A DNA stretch of 62,825 nt from Candidatus Omnitrophota bacterium (GTDB lineage Bacteria; Omnitrophota; Omnitrophia; Omnitrophales; Aquincolibacteriaceae): assembly GCA_903884815.1 (NCBI GenBank), contig CAISGE010000071.1, positions 1 through 62,825 on the forward strand, given 5' to 3'. How positions within the stretch are numbered: position 1 is the first letter of the stretch; every line of letters starts with the position of its first letter. Positions 9,220 to 19,347 of this stretch are shown piece by piece. The notes beneath the pieces are model-generated. The model had not been told where the DNA came from, did no database searches, and worked only from the letters and a program-made list of their open reading frames with translations. The position numbers were made by a program, and so were the translations under genes.

Positions 9220-11160
9220 TCAGTTTATGGAGTCGCTTGACACCACGACTATTCCAGCATCGAATTTAAAATATCGACGGGGAAGTTCCCACAGAAGGTT
9301 TCCAAACGCGAAATCGTCGAAACCTTTCAACGGCATTGCGAGGTAATGCCCGTCGCTCATTGATCCCTCAAGAAAACCATTAAAATCTTTAGTGAGCACA
9401 AGCCTGCCATCGGAAGAACAGTACGGATTCCTGGGGATATACCCTCCCTCATAATAATAATAGCCATCGTTGTAGCTGACAAAAGTCACATTCGGACTTG
9501 AACGGGTCAATTTCTTAACGCTCATCACATCATGATTAAATCCCGATTCCATTTTACGATTGAAGGAAAAATGCGTTCTTGCGCTTTCGATTTGTTTCAG
9601 GACCCTCTCGGGTGCATTGCCGGCATAGACAAAGCTTATGGCACCAATAAACACGACCGCGAATAGCGGCAAGATCCATCTCGCGGGTTTCCAGGAAAAC
9701 GATCTCTCGAATTCCGAATGAACCAAATCAAACAAAAGAAATAAGCAAAGCAGCAGAATACTGGAAATATTGATAATGTTGTTTTCATGGCTACGGCCAA
9801 AGAAGTACAGGGAATTTCCGATCGCGAGCAGAATCAAAAAAACAACAGCCCGGAAGTGGCGCCCGGGAAGAAAGAAACGATTCCGCCAATGATAGATAAA
9901 AACAACGCCCAGCATCACCGGCACATACCAGTAAAAGGACTGCCTGAGCACCGGAATGAATCCGAGGCCATGCTGCCGAAACGTCTCCGCGGACGAAGGG
10001 CCATACGCAAAAAAAACACGATAAATGAGAAAAGAGGCACCTAGGAGAACGCCATTCTTCGCGTAAAGCATGACGTAGTTCCTCGAAACCGTACTCAAAG
10101 GATCCTTTTTCGATAGCACGTCCATACCAAAAAAGAATAAAACGAGGATGGCATAGGCCAGCGTATAGATCACGCCAAAAGAGTGATGAAAGATCAATAA
10201 GAAACCGAGCGCCAGCCCCGTCAGCCAGTGGGCATCCCCTTTGGAATAAACTGCCAGCAGTGCAACCAACCACCAGTCAAGTCTCAACGGGGTCACCTGA
10301 ATACAAAAGATAATATCTGCGATGTTCCCGTACATCCTGACAAGCACAGCACTAATCAACAAGTAAAGGGCATAGCATTTGTGAGTAAATAAACGGCGTC
10401 CAAAAAGGTACAAACCCATAAAGAAAGCATAAACAGAGAATTGCCCCACAAGATTAAATTGATAAAAAGAAAAGCCAAGCTTGATCCACAATACTGCCAG
10501 TAACGAGAGAAGATGGTCATACTGAAAACCGGTTTGATTGAGTGGAAAACCGTGAAAGATCCGCATGGCTGGGAAAAGAATTAAATTATAATCCACTGAA
10601 GAATAAGCGCTTGAAGCGACCATGCATATCGGGAGTAGCAAGAGCGAAAGAATGACCGCGAGGATGCGGCGTGTGTTAATGAGCAGGGACAGTATTACCG
10701 TGATCCCAAGAACCGAAAGGATGAAATACATAGCTGGAACATCATGAAGGAGAGCCTTCGAATATTCCGCCATGGGCGGCGTAAAACCGACCTCTCTGAG
10801 AAATAGAAGAGACGGCAAGGCAAACAGAAATGCCAAGCCTCGCCGAAAAAACGGATGATGTATTTTGTTTATAAAGCAATATAGCCCAAAAGTTGTCGCG
10901 ACGATCAAATGGACGAGCCCATAAAGGACATAGATCTGGATACCATTACGTGGGGTCGTTACTACGGAGCGAACCGTCGGAATATATTCTAATATCGGCA
11001 ACCGGCTATTGAATGACCAGATAAAAGGAGCAAAGTGGAAAAAAAGCTGATACGCGACGGTTGTGACAAAGCCCGCTAAGACAAGCGGGCACAAGAAGGT
11101 GAAAAAAAAAGAAACTTTTTTAGAAAGACCTGGCTGATTCAACATTTCCACAGAAGACAT
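9220..11160 (-). CDS. GT-C-like polytopic membrane protein (paralog of 7256..9181)
   Basis: Same architecture. Start moved to ATG 11160 (MSSVEML), next to the upstream stop at 11162. Confidence 0.55.
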   Translation of the reverse strand: MSSVEMLNQPGLSKKVSFFFTFLCPLVLAGFVTTVAYQLFFHFAPFIWSFNSRLPILEYIPTVRSVVTTPRNGIQIYVLYGLVHLIVATTFGLYCFINKIHHPFFRRGLAFLFALPSLLFLREVGFTPPMAEYSKALLHDVPAMYFILSVLGITVILSLLINTRRILAVILSLLLLPICMVASSAYSSVDYNLILFPAMRIFHGFPLNQTGFQYDHLLSLLAVLWIKLGFSFYQFNLVGQFSVYAFFMGLYLFGRRLFTHKCYALYLLISAVLVRMYGNIADIIFCIQVTPLRLDWWLVALLAVYSKGDAHWLTGLALGFLLIFHHSFGVIYTLAYAILVLFFFGMDVLSKKDPLSTVSRNYVMLYAKNGVLLGASFLIYRVFFAYGPSSAETFRQHGLGFIPVLRQSFYWYVPVMLGVVFIYHWRNRFFLPGRHFRAVVFLILLAIGNSLYFFGRSHENNIINISSILLLCLFLLFDLVHSEFERSFSWKPARWILPLFAVVFIGAISFVYAGNAPERVLKQIESARTHFSFNRKMESGFNHDVMSVKKLTRSSPNVTFVSYNDGYYYYEGGYIPRNPYCSSDGRLVLTKDFNGFLEGSMSDGHYLAMPLKGFDDFAFGNLLWELPRRYFKFDAGIVVVSSDSIN

Positions 11161-11161
11161 C

Positions 11162-12112
11162 TCATCGTCCGGTCCACAACACGTGATTAGCCCTAAACCA
11201 TTCCCACGTTTTAAGCAGTCCGTGTTCAAGATCCGTCTCGGGTGACCAGTCCAGCAGCTGCTTTGCTTTCGAAATATCGGCGAGCCACTGATTGGTATCC
11301 CAGATCCTTGACGGCATGCTCCCCCATTCGAATTCGGTTGTTTCTCCCGTGACCCGGACCGCCGTTTCAACAACTGCCTTGATGGACGATTGCACACCCG
11401 CCCCGATATTGAACGTCTCTCCCGGGAATTCCTTCAGTAGATCCACGCGCAGATAGGCCTGCAAAATATCGTCGATATAGATGTGATCATGGGAAGTTTC
11501 AGGCGAAACAAGTTTCATCTTTTCTTTCGAATAGAGCGCTCTCATTAAGGTCGGGATGAATCGGGAGGGTTCTTCATAGGGCCCGTAAACCGAAAAGGGG
11601 CGCATTGTCACGATCGGCCTTTTTTTAGCCTGGGCCGCATGAAAACACAGCAGGGTCTGTGCAGATTTCGTGACAGCATAGTAACTCGCCGGCTCCAGAA
11701 GATCTGTTTCCTTCATCGGCGACTTCTTAAACCCGTATTCCGAGGAGCTTCCCGTATTGACGAATAACTCGAAGTCGACATCCATCGACGCTGTGAGCAG
11801 ATGCTGGGTCCCCTGAATATTGGTCTTGATGCAAAGATCCGCATCCTGCTGGGAAGAATAGGCACCGTAGGTTGCCAAATGATAGATAACCGTCGGTTGG
11901 ATCTTTTGGATCAGACCGCGCAACTCGTTCAAGTCTGAAAGGTCGCAAATATGAACCTTTACCTTATTTAAAAGATCATCGATCCGCCAAGTTTTGGCGG
12001 TTTTCCTCAACAAAAGGTGTACTTCCGCGTTCTCAGCGATCAACTTTCTTGTCAAACAAGCACCAATAAAACCGCTGGCTCCCGTAATCAGATAAACCCG
12101 CTTGGACGTCAT
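11162..12112 (-). CDS. NAD-dependent nucleotide-sugar epimerase/reductase (extended SDR)
   Basis: ITGASGFIG, TGSSSEYG, YAVTK (YxxxK), RPFSVYGP. Confidence 0.9.
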   Translation of the reverse strand: MTSKRVYLITGASGFIGACLTRKLIAENAEVHLLLRKTAKTWRIDDLLNKVKVHICDLSDLNELRGLIQKIQPTVIYHLATYGAYSSQQDADLCIKTNIQGTQHLLTASMDVDFELFVNTGSSSEYGFKKSPMKETDLLEPASYYAVTKSAQTLLCFHAAQAKKRPIVTMRPFSVYGPYEEPSRFIPTLMRALYSKEKMKLVSPETSHDHIYIDDILQAYLRVDLLKEFPGETFNIGAGVQSSIKAVVETAVRVTGETTEFEWGSMPSRIWDTNQWLADISKAKQLLDWSPETDLEHGLLKTWEWFRANHVLWTGR

Positions 12113-12431
12113 GGAATCACCTTTAAATAGGCTTCTAAACTCGCTAGATATTTTAGCGGTTTATAAAATAAAACACTAGGAGTCGTTCGAAAAACTACTC
12201 TATTTTTTACCCGCAACGCGCACTTTTTTCCTCATCGGGCATCTTGCCACAAGAAGAATAAATCTTAGGGCATATGAATACGCCCCACATCAATCCCGTT
12301 GCTCGTTTAGGCAAACTCGCTCAAAAGAGCGCCGCTGAAACAATCCGTATCTTCTGCTACTCCGTACCCAACGGGAAAAAAATCTCAAGAATCTGACCAC
12401 TTAGAGGGGATGCCGATGGCACTGCTCCCGC

Positions 12432-13313
12432 TCATTTGTCACTCAGCAGCAATTCGCGTTTTATATCCTTTTTATGAATTCGATACCAATCATACAAAGA
12501 AGCAACGCTTGTATCAATGTCGGAAAAAGAAAAGGGGCCCATTTCCAGGAGTAGCCGGGTGTTATCACCGCTGTACTCCTTGTCCAAGCCAGAGTGCGCC
12601 ACCCGTATTTCCAAGTCCTTCCCCGAGGCCTTTAAAACCTTCTTTGCCAGAGTGACCAAGTCGTATGTCCTCCCCGCGCAAACATTATAAGATTTTTCCT
12701 CCGCGGGATTACGGATAAACCAATCCGTGATCCTGACCATGTCATCAATATAGAGATAATCAAAAAAAACATTTTTTTTGATCGTGATGGGAAGATCCCA
12801 GGCTGCCTTGCAGCAGGCATTCGAAATAAAACGTATTTCCCAATCCTCGTATTTTCCGAATACGGCAAAAGGACGCAGGTTGACAATGTTGTCCGCGCGT
12901 TCAATGTATTTGCCGATAAGGTACCGTGACAGCCCGGGTTCGTCCTCCGGGACATACGTGTCAAAATACTCCTCTTTCATTCTCGGGATCCAGTGTTCCC
13001 GTGCATATTCCTGGCCCGATCCGAGATTGATCATCTTGCCATAGGATCCGCTACAGCGGGCCAGATTAAAGAACATGCGAAGATTATTCTCCAGGATCTT
13101 CGTTGTGTCCTTTTTGGAGTTCCGGGTAGCATTCCATGTCGCAGCATGGAGGACCACATCAAAACTGTTGGCTTGAACATAGTCTCGGACATTCTCAGCA
13201 TCCAGGAGGTCCAGCTCTCTTTTCTCCGGCGCCAGGATCTCATACTTGGCGCCAAGCTGTTCTCTTAAATTGCGTCCGATGAACCCCGCACCGCCTGTAA
13301 TAAAGATCTTCAT
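12432..13313 (-). CDS. NAD-dependent nucleotide-sugar epimerase/dehydratase (extended SDR)
   Basis: ITGGAGFIG, GSGQEY, LRPFAVFG, FDYLYIDD. Confidence 0.85.
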   Translation of the reverse strand: MKIFITGGAGFIGRNLREQLGAKYEILAPEKRELDLLDAENVRDYVQANSFDVVLHAATWNATRNSKKDTTKILENNLRMFFNLARCSGSYGKMINLGSGQEYAREHWIPRMKEEYFDTYVPEDEPGLSRYLIGKYIERADNIVNLRPFAVFGKYEDWEIRFISNACCKAAWDLPITIKKNVFFDYLYIDDMVRITDWFIRNPAEEKSYNVCAGRTYDLVTLAKKVLKASGKDLEIRVAHSGLDKEYSGDNTRLLLEMGPFSFSDIDTSVASLYDWYRIHKKDIKRELLLSDK

Positions 13314-13323
13314 AGAACCCGCC

Positions 13324-15132
13324 TCACAGAGACTCCAAAGGAGGAATGATCATATTCTCATAAAATTCTTTGCGCTCTAAGAACGGCCAAAGGTCCTCCA
13401 TCGGCTTTGATACGATGGAACCGTCAGGCCGAACCTCGGAGGATAACCTCGGCGAGGTCAAGAGGCCGGGATCGGTCATGACTTCACACAGGAAGGGCCC
13501 GTCGCCCGCCAACACGTCAGCGACACGCTCTCGAAGGTTTTGCTGATCTTCAATTTTCATGTGCTTCAGGCCGTAGGCGACAGCAATGGCGCAGGTATCG
13601 GGAAGCGCCAGTCCGCTGGAAGGGTCACAGGCCACTAGACGCCCTTCAAAATGAGTTCTTTGGGTATTCCGGATCGACGCATAGCCGTTATTGTTCAGGA
13701 CAAACAACTTCAAAGGCAGCTTCAATCGGGCGAGAGTCTCCAGTTCCTGGATATTATGCTGCAATCCCCCGTCTCCGATCAGGCTGACCGTGCGTTTTCT
13801 GCCGCTCGCCAGGCAGGCTCCAATCGCAGCCGGCAACCCAAATCCCATAGCACCCAGCCCCGGGCTATTTAGGATACGCTGTCCTTTTTTGACCCTGAAC
13901 GCCTGCATCGTAATTTCGCTGCAGCCCCCGGAACTTCCCGGGACAAGAACATCCTCCTCGGAAAGCAGGTCGGATAGCACATCGACCAAGGCATAGGTGT
14001 TAACAACGCCTTTTGCCTCCCAATATTCCGGGAGTACCACGGGATATTTCTGCTTCCATTGCCTGCAGCGCTCCAGCCAGGAAGAACGCTCCACAACCTT
14101 CAAGAGACTCCGCTTCTTTAAGATCTCGAACAGAAAATCCTTCACATTTCCGCAAGCCGGAAGATCGATGTGCATTTTCAGCTTCTTGATCTCCGCGGGA
14201 TCGATTTCTACAATAATCTTTTTGGCCGCGCGGCCAAAGTTCGGGTAGTTATACCCGACTTGAAGAAGATCCAGGCGCGCACCCAGCGTGAGGATTAGGT
14301 CGCTATTCTGCTGAATGAAATTCGCTCCCCTCTGGCCAATTGAGCCCGGCCTCCCGAAAAAGAACGGATGATCTTCCGGCAAGAAATCGATGGCCTTCCA
14401 AGTGGTCAGGACAGGTATTTTGAGAGATTCCGCAAGGTCAACAAATTCCCGGAGACCGCCGGCCAACCGTATGCCGTTCCCCGCAAGGATCACCGGCCTC
14501 TCTGAGGCGTTCAATAACGCAATGGCTTGATCGACCTGAGAGGAAAGATCATGGCTGCGCTCGCGGGACGGCGCATCGACCGGCTTAAATCCCTCGAGCT
14601 TGGATTCGTCGATCATAGTCCCCTGCACATCAAGTGGAATATCGATCCAAACAGGACCCGGCCGGCCCGAATACGCCAGATGAGCAGCCCTCTCAAGATG
14701 GTATCGAACACTCAGGGGATCCAAAATAGTCACGGCGTATTTGGTGACCGGTTTCACCATCGAAATAATATCCACTTCCTGAATACCCAACTGCCTCACA
14801 CCACTCGTACCGATCATGTCAGAACGCTTGACCTGTCCCGAAAGGACCAAAAGCGGGGTGGAATCGATCCAAGCCCCGGAAACCCCCGTAATGGCATTCG
14901 TCCCGCCGGGGCCCGTCGTCACCAAGGCCACTCCGAGGCTTCCCGTATATTGGGCGTAAGCTTCCGCGGCGATTACCGCCGCCTGTTCGTGAAGACAGCA
15001 AACATAATCCAGATCAGGGCGGCTCCCAAGAGAGTCTAAAAGATGCATGCATCCCCCTCCAGGCAATAAAAAGACATTTCGGACGCGAAGCTTCGCAATA
15101 AATTCAAAAACGTAATCGGAAAGTTTGATCAT
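13324..15132 (-). CDS. ThDP-dependent acetolactate-synthase-like enzyme (YerE-like, sugar-branching candidate)
   Basis: HEQAA, TTGPGGTNA, GRPGPVWIDIP, GAMGFGLP, GDGG...NNNGY; located in a nucleotide-sugar cluster. Confidence 0.85.
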   Translation of the reverse strand: MIKLSDYVFEFIAKLRVRNVFLLPGGGCMHLLDSLGSRPDLDYVCCLHEQAAVIAAEAYAQYTGSLGVALVTTGPGGTNAITGVSGAWIDSTPLLVLSGQVKRSDMIGTSGVRQLGIQEVDIISMVKPVTKYAVTILDPLSVRYHLERAAHLAYSGRPGPVWIDIPLDVQGTMIDESKLEGFKPVDAPSRERSHDLSSQVDQAIALLNASERPVILAGNGIRLAGGLREFVDLAESLKIPVLTTWKAIDFLPEDHPFFFGRPGSIGQRGANFIQQNSDLILTLGARLDLLQVGYNYPNFGRAAKKIIVEIDPAEIKKLKMHIDLPACGNVKDFLFEILKKRSLLKVVERSSWLERCRQWKQKYPVVLPEYWEAKGVVNTYALVDVLSDLLSEEDVLVPGSSGGCSEITMQAFRVKKGQRILNSPGLGAMGFGLPAAIGACLASGRKRTVSLIGDGGLQHNIQELETLARLKLPLKLFVLNNNGYASIRNTQRTHFEGRLVACDPSSGLALPDTCAIAVAYGLKHMKIEDQQNLRERVADVLAGDGPFLCEVMTDPGLLTSPRLSSEVRPDGSIVSKPMEDLWPFLERKEFYENMIIPPLESL

Positions 15133-15194
15133 TTTTTATCTTTCTGGACTGCCTTCTTCGAGGCCGCGCCAAGGGATATTCCCTATTTAGAAAA

Positions 15195-16214
15195 CTACCA
15201 GCCCGGATCTCCCAATAGATTACAATCCTTGCAGATTTCCGGAGGATCAACCTCAGGATCCATCAGTTGTTTGCGCATGTCGACCATCAGGGGATGATTG
15301 TAGGCGTCAATCCCGGCCTCAAACAGGTTCCCGCTCGCCCCTCCTAAGAGGGTGTTCATACCACAACAAACTATCATTTGTCCTGACATGTCGCAGCCGG
15401 TCCTCTGCCATAGCTGAGGGCAGAGTTTCCGGACGCCTTCTTTTCTGACAAGCGGTGGAAAAAAACAAAAGCCTGGCAGAGCTTCCTCAGCGCGACTTCG
15501 AAATTCCCGATAAGAGGGATGCGACTCCAAAAGAATCTCATCCGGTTTCGGGTTGAAACCCATGGGCCGGTACATAAAAAACCGAAGACTGCGGCATCCC
15601 GACTCACGGATAAAACGGGCTATCTTCAGAATTTTCTCCGGCTGCTTCTCGACCTCGCTGCGAAGTAGCACATAAGTCGCATGCACGGGAAAGATGCTAT
15701 TGATCTTCGAAAGATCCCTTTCAAGGATCGATCGATTCGCCTCATAAAGAGAGACGTTGATCCTGGAGATCCCAGCGCGCTTCAGATCAAGAATGCGCTC
15801 CGCCAGAAGCAACCCATTGGTCGAAGTATTTGTCATGCGCCCTTGTTTGCTAAGATAAACAATAATACGGTCGAGATCCTTCACCAAAAGCGGTTCGCCA
15901 CCCTGCAAGTCCACAAAAAGAGCGTTCGCGAACCACGGATTTTCAAAAATACGCTGCACCTTCTCAAGCGTGGCCTCGTTCTCCCGCTGCCTCGTCTTTC
16001 CCTCATCAAGGATCTTGCCTGCATTACAGTAGCTACAATTAAGGTTGCAACGGTTCGTGAGCAACAGGCAGACAATTTGGGGGGTATAACGGCGCACGGA
16101 CAGCACTGCATTCCGCGATGAAAAGCGATACTTCAGATAATTCCAGAGCTTGGGGCCCATCGACGCAGGGCGTAACTTTTTTGCCACCTCGGCGTAATAC
16201 AAAAGTCTTTTCAT
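15195..16214 (-). CDS. Radical SAM protein with SPASM/twitch domain
   Basis: CNLNCSYC, GGEPLL, C-terminal CPQLW...CC...CKDC. Confidence 0.85.
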   Translation of the reverse strand: MKRLLYYAEVAKKLRPASMGPKLWNYLKYRFSSRNAVLSVRRYTPQIVCLLLTNRCNLNCSYCNAGKILDEGKTRQRENEATLEKVQRIFENPWFANALFVDLQGGEPLLVKDLDRIIVYLSKQGRMTNTSTNGLLLAERILDLKRAGISRINVSLYEANRSILERDLSKINSIFPVHATYVLLRSEVEKQPEKILKIARFIRESGCRSLRFFMYRPMGFNPKPDEILLESHPSYREFRSRAEEALPGFCFFPPLVRKEGVRKLCPQLWQRTGCDMSGQMIVCCGMNTLLGGASGNLFEAGIDAYNHPLMVDMRKQLMDPEVDPPEICKDCNLLGDPGW

Positions 16215-16233
16215 GCGATTCTTTCTCAAGAGA

Positions 16234-17085
16234 TTATTTTTTATGGGCAAACACTGTCACGATATCAAATAAGTTTTTTTTGATCCGTATCTTCCCGATC
16301 AGAGAGGAACCCAAAGAGGCACAAATCCGGCTAAGGACATGCCGTTTGTTTTCTGGTGAGAGCCAACCCAGGACCGTCTTTAAAAACAAGAGATGAGGGA
16401 AATATTCATACTGCTCGACCCCGAAGCCTGACGCCTCGAGCATCGCCAAAAGATTCCTTCGGTCAAAATAAACGAGATGCAGCGGCGGAAGGATCGCGTA
16501 GTACTTCGATCCGGTGATCCTCGCATAGAGGCTCGAGACATCATGCACCTTCACGATAAGAAGGCCTCCGGGTTTCAAGAGATCGTGACACTTGGCCAAG
16601 GCTTTAAGCGGATCGGGCAGATGGTCCAGGACGTCCTGCATGCTAATAACATCAAAAAAATCTTGGGGACATTCATACTCTTCAAGGGCACCTCCGGAAA
16701 TATGGCTCCCATGCTTACCCCTAGCCCTCTCGGCATAACGGGCATCCATTTCGATACCATGGCATTCCCACCCATATTCAAGCATACAATCCAGGAAATA
16801 GCCCGAAGAGCACCCCACATCCAGGATCTTACCAGTCGGGACCCTTTGGCAGATATGATCGGCAATTTTCGAATAATAATATTTCAGGTTCTCTTTGTTC
16901 GCCTCATCCGAATAAACGGAAACATCCAACTTTTGTTTTTCATAGTACGGAATCAGCTCTTCCTTCGAAAGAACCTCGCCTACGAAGGACAGACCACACT
17001 CTTTACATTGAAGGATGTGGAAGTCGCTCACCACGTACCGGATGGCTAATTTCTTGCTCTTACAAAAGATACAAACGTTGTGCAT
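16234..17085 (-). CDS. Class I SAM-dependent methyltransferase
   Basis: CIFC...CKEC, ILDVGCSSG, DVLDHLPDP. Confidence 0.88.
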   Translation of the reverse strand: MHNVCIFCKSKKLAIRYVVSDFHILQCKECGLSFVGEVLSKEELIPYYEKQKLDVSVYSDEANKENLKYYYSKIADHICQRVPTGKILDVGCSSGYFLDCMLEYGWECHGIEMDARYAERARGKHGSHISGGALEEYECPQDFFDVISMQDVLDHLPDPLKALAKCHDLLKPGGLLIVKVHDVSSLYARITGSKYYAILPPLHLVYFDRRNLLAMLEASGFGVEQYEYFPHLLFLKTVLGWLSPENKRHVLSRICASLGSSLIGKIRIKKNLFDIVTVFAHKK

Positions 17086-17114
17086 TTTAAATCCAACCGT
17101 CTCGCTTGAATTTT

Positions 17115-18044
17115 TCAGAAATTGATCCTTTCCTTCTCGATCACAAGGGGGCGCTTTAACACCTGCGTGTAGATCGAGCCCACGTACTCCCCGATCACAC
17201 CCAGGAAAAAGAGCTGGATGCCCCCCATGAAGAACATGCCAATGACAAGCGGCGCTACCCCGCCTTGAAATGTGTTCCAGAAGACCAGTTTGTAGATTAA
17301 GTAGCCGAGGCCAAAGAGAACACTGAGCAAGGACACCCCGAAGCCAATAAAACTGGATAATCGCAGGGGCAGCTTGGAATGATTCACAAAGCCGAGCATC
17401 GCCAGGTCATAGAGGGCGTAAAGATTATTCTTGGTAAAACCCCTTTTCCGAGCGGGTTGGGCATACGGAACGGTCGCTCTTTCAAACCCCACCTCACAAA
17501 TAATACCTCGCACATATGGGTAAGGATCGTTCATGCTCCTCATGATGTCAATAATAGCCTTATCGTACAGACCGAACCCCGTGAAGTTCTTGATGAGCTC
17601 CAGTTCGGACAATTTCTTGACGAGGTTATAGTAGCATTCCCGGACCCAGTACATCAGCGGGGATTCCTTGCTTTCTTTCTTGACCCCCACCACCAACTTG
17701 TAGCCTTCTTCCCATTTCCTGACGAATTCCCTGATCAGTTCCGGAGGATCCTGAAAGTCCGCCGCGATGATGATCGCCGCTTCGCCTTTTGTCTGAAGCA
17801 GACCGTAATAGGGCGACCGAATATGCCCGAAGTTCCGGCTGTTCACAATGATCTTTATGTTCTTGTCTTTCGCGGCGATCCCCTTGAGGATCATGACCGT
17901 GCTGTCTGTCGACGCGTTATCGATAAAAACGTGTTCATAGGTATAGGCCGGCAGGCTGCCCATGACCTCTTTGACTCGCACATAGATCTCTTGGATATTT
18001 TCGGCTTCATTAAAACACGGCGTCACAATACTGATCAATTTCAT
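17115..18044 (-). CDS. GT2 polyprenol-phosphate glycosyltransferase (GtrB-like)
   Basis: PCFNE, IDNASTD, RNFGH, ADFQDPPE, two C-terminal TMs, GEYVGSIY. Confidence 0.9.
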   Translation of the reverse strand: MKLISIVTPCFNEAENIQEIYVRVKEVMGSLPAYTYEHVFIDNASTDSTVMILKGIAAKDKNIKIIVNSRNFGHIRSPYYGLLQTKGEAAIIIAADFQDPPELIREFVRKWEEGYKLVVGVKKESKESPLMYWVRECYYNLVKKLSELELIKNFTGFGLYDKAIIDIMRSMNDPYPYVRGIICEVGFERATVPYAQPARKRGFTKNNLYALYDLAMLGFVNHSKLPLRLSSFIGFGVSLLSVLFGLGYLIYKLVFWNTFQGGVAPLVIGMFFMGGIQLFFLGVIGEYVGSIYTQVLKRPLVIEKERINF

Positions 18045-18107
18045 GAATGCCTCCCCGGCAGGTTATTCCGATAGAACATATTCCCCGGATGATTTTCCCA
18101 TCACGAG

Positions 18108-19271
18108 TCAGTACAGCTTAATGATCTTGTTCTTTAATTTCAAACCCTCTTTAATTTGACCCGCAATCTCATCCTGGAATGAATAAGTCGAGATCAGAAT
18201 AGGTATCTTTTCTTGGTGAATCCCCTTCGGCGACATGACGGGAATCCCGTTCAATCGCTTGCCCCAGTATCGGGGATTGGAATCGGCAATAAAAAACACC
18301 CTCGAAGGATCGAGTCCGGCCCCCAGCAATCTTTGCGTGTGTGTTCCGGCACCCCAAACAATGACTTTTTTTATACCGGTTAATTTATCACAGACACGTT
18401 TCTTCATGGCCAGGTCTTCTTGTGAACAGCGGGCCACATAGCTTCGGATCTTCCGCACACCAAAATCATCACAGCAAAGACGCGTTTTCCTTCCCCCCAT
18501 CTTTCGCGCTATCAAAAAGATATCGGGATCGATCGCCTCGCTTATTTTATTTTCATCTGCCCGGACCTTCACGATCTCGAAGAAAGCCCTTTCCAGAAGA
18601 TTCCCAAGAGATCTCCGAGTGAAGTAATTGATGTGTTCCACGCTGAATTGTTGAAAAGGCGCCGTGATATAAGCATCAAACCGGTCGGCATCAGGCACTT
18701 CGATGAAAAGCATGCCTTGCTCCCTCAACAGGCCCCCGATCTTCTCAAGCAGTGCGTGAAGGTCCACCACGTGTTCCAAGACAGCCGACAGGACCACCAG
18801 GTCAAATTTCCCATCCTCATGAAAATCAAAAATGTTACAAGGCGTCACGGGGATACCGTAAAGAGCCTTCGCGGCTTTCGCACAGGGCCGGGAAGGATCC
18901 ACGCCCGAGAGACGTTCATACCCGCTTCGCCGGAACACCGACAGAAGCCCTCCGGTGGAACAGCCAACGTCGAGAATCCTCGCTTTACGATCAAGCATGT
19001 GCGGCTTTATAAAATCGACTATTTTCTTGAAATGCCTTAAGTGGCTAGCCGGAACTTCTCCCCGCTTATCACTAAATTCATATTTGGACATTTGTGAGTA
19101 ATAACGATTAAACGCCGCCTGCGATGGGATGTTGTCCGCATACGCAAAACCGCACCTCGCGCACGAAACGACGTCGTATTTTTCCATAAGCGCGAGCGTC
19201 TTATTATGGAAATGCTGTTCATAAAAAAAGCGCCGCTTGGAACAGGCGCAAGCAGGACAATTTCGGGCCAT
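18108..19271 (-). CDS. SAM-dependent methyltransferase with C-methyltransferase-like C-terminal domain
   Basis: CPAC...CARC, LDVGCSTG, VLEH, EHINYF, C-terminal VWGAG...DSNP. Confidence 0.85.
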   Translation of the reverse strand: MARNCPACACSKRRFFYEQHFHNKTLALMEKYDVVSCARCGFAYADNIPSQAAFNRYYSQMSKYEFSDKRGEVPASHLRHFKKIVDFIKPHMLDRKARILDVGCSTGGLLSVFRRSGYERLSGVDPSRPCAKAAKALYGIPVTPCNIFDFHEDGKFDLVVLSAVLEHVVDLHALLEKIGGLLREQGMLFIEVPDADRFDAYITAPFQQFSVEHINYFTRRSLGNLLERAFFEIVKVRADENKISEAIDPDIFLIARKMGGRKTRLCCDDFGVRKIRSYVARCSQEDLAMKKRVCDKLTGIKKVIVWGAGTHTQRLLGAGLDPSRVFFIADSNPRYWGKRLNGIPVMSPKGIHQEKIPILISTYSFQDEIAGQIKEGLKLKNKIIKLY

Positions 19272-19347
19272 CCGTATTCCCCGGGGTTTAGAGCAATCGC
19301 GCGATCCTTGAGATCTCATCGAAGGCCGTCTCTTTGTAAGCATGCTC

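Noticed and set aside
350-11110. Homopolymer tracts (G8 at 350-357, A9 at 11102-11110) as phase-variation switches
   Set aside because: Short, in-frame and encoding ordinary Pro/Phe runs; no evidence of slippage.
11161-11397. N-terminal extensions in the ORF track (also 6341-6412, 19272-19388, 22546-22647, 35612-35758, 45517-45606)
   Set aside because: They overlap upstream genes or repeats; downstream starts fit the family N-termini better.
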